Assembly: GCA_010909165.1 (NCBI GenBank)
Contig: VJWM01000234.1
Span: forward strand, 124,001 to 188,000
DNA: 64,000 nt
Direction of reading: 5' to 3'
Source of the DNA: Anthoceros angustus
Lineage: Eukaryota > Plantae > Anthocerotophyta
The position numbers were made by a program, and so were the translations under genes. The notes under the pieces were generated by a model that was not told the DNA's origin, did not search any database, and saw only the letters and a program-made list of their open reading frames with translations. Below are positions 63,481 through 64,000 of this stretch, in pieces; the stretch's first letter is position 1, and the number at the start of each line of letters is the position of its first letter.

Positions 63481-64000
63481 GGAACGAAGAATTTTGGTCA
63501 CCCAAGACGCGGGAGAGACCGACGCCAAGGATGAATAGGTGTTCAGTGTAGGTAGGTAGGTCGATAGAAACAGTAGGAAGATGGTAGGACGTCCGAGGGA
63601 GTTCGGGACTTAATCAGGCACTGAGGAGGTCTGATCGTAGAAGTATGGGTAGATAGAAGCATATATAGGCATGATAGGTTCCATAAAGTTCCTTGGACCA
63701 TGGGGAGTAGGAATATTCGGGGATAGAAGTTCCTTGGCCTTCAATTATTTAGGTTCCGTGATGGCTATATATGCCAAAAGGGCTAGTTGTTGTAGATGGA
63801 AAATGGCTGAGTTTTGAACCGACACGTGGCGCCATCGTGAGGAGGAGCGCATTAAGGCATTTGCATGTACCGCAAACTCGTTAGCTGTGGTTTTGAACGG
63901 GCGCCTTCAGCGAACCGCAGGCGCCCGAGGGAGTAAGTGGAGTTGCGCCAAGAAGGAAGGCAGTGAGCGCTCACCGATTGCGCCAGCCGGGGAGCGAAGG
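63481..64000 (+). mobile_element. Post-pol spacer of the same Gypsy element, runs off the window
   Basis: Direct repeat of 53060-53600, including TATATATG at 63766. Confidence 0.85.

Noticed and set aside
1-64000. Calling all frameshifted ORFs true pseudogenes
   Set aside because: Indels also hit the host U-box gene and a Copia with near-identical LTRs, so they are probably mostly sequence errors.
1-64000. Hundreds of 60-200 aa ORFs in the ORF track, and any CRISPR, rRNA or prokaryotic operon
   Set aside because: Most ORFs are antisense or alternate-frame shadows of GC-rich TE sequence; no regularly spaced repeat-spacer array or rRNA-like sequence was seen.

Overview
Plant nuclear DNA that is almost entirely nested, fragmented transposable elements, with one recognisable host gene (a plant U-box/ARM E3 ligase, minus strand, about 19.7-21.0 kb). 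The sequence carries dense 1-2 bp indels, even inside the host gene, plus garbled GC-rich patches at several junctions. It looks like an unpolished long-read consensus, so all proteins were read across frameshifts by eye and intact versus pseudogene status cannot be decided. Contents: four Ty1/Copia elements or fragments (one complete, 5466-11832, with both LTRs and an AGCGC target-site duplication); several pieces of an Athila-like Ty3/Gypsy family (tRNA-Asp PBS, extra ORF downstream of pol); and a possible KDZ-like transposase relic (49.2-52.8 kb). The standout is a 9,063-bp cut-and-paste DNA transposon (34112-43174) with 34-bp TIRs and a TTAG target duplication; removing it restores the interrupted Gypsy ORF in frame. 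It encodes a Sola/DUF7869-like transposase on the minus strand and, divergently, a ParB-like domain followed by a bacterial/phage-type beta-class N6A/N4C DNA methyltransferase domain. No database searches were run; family names come from motif recognition.
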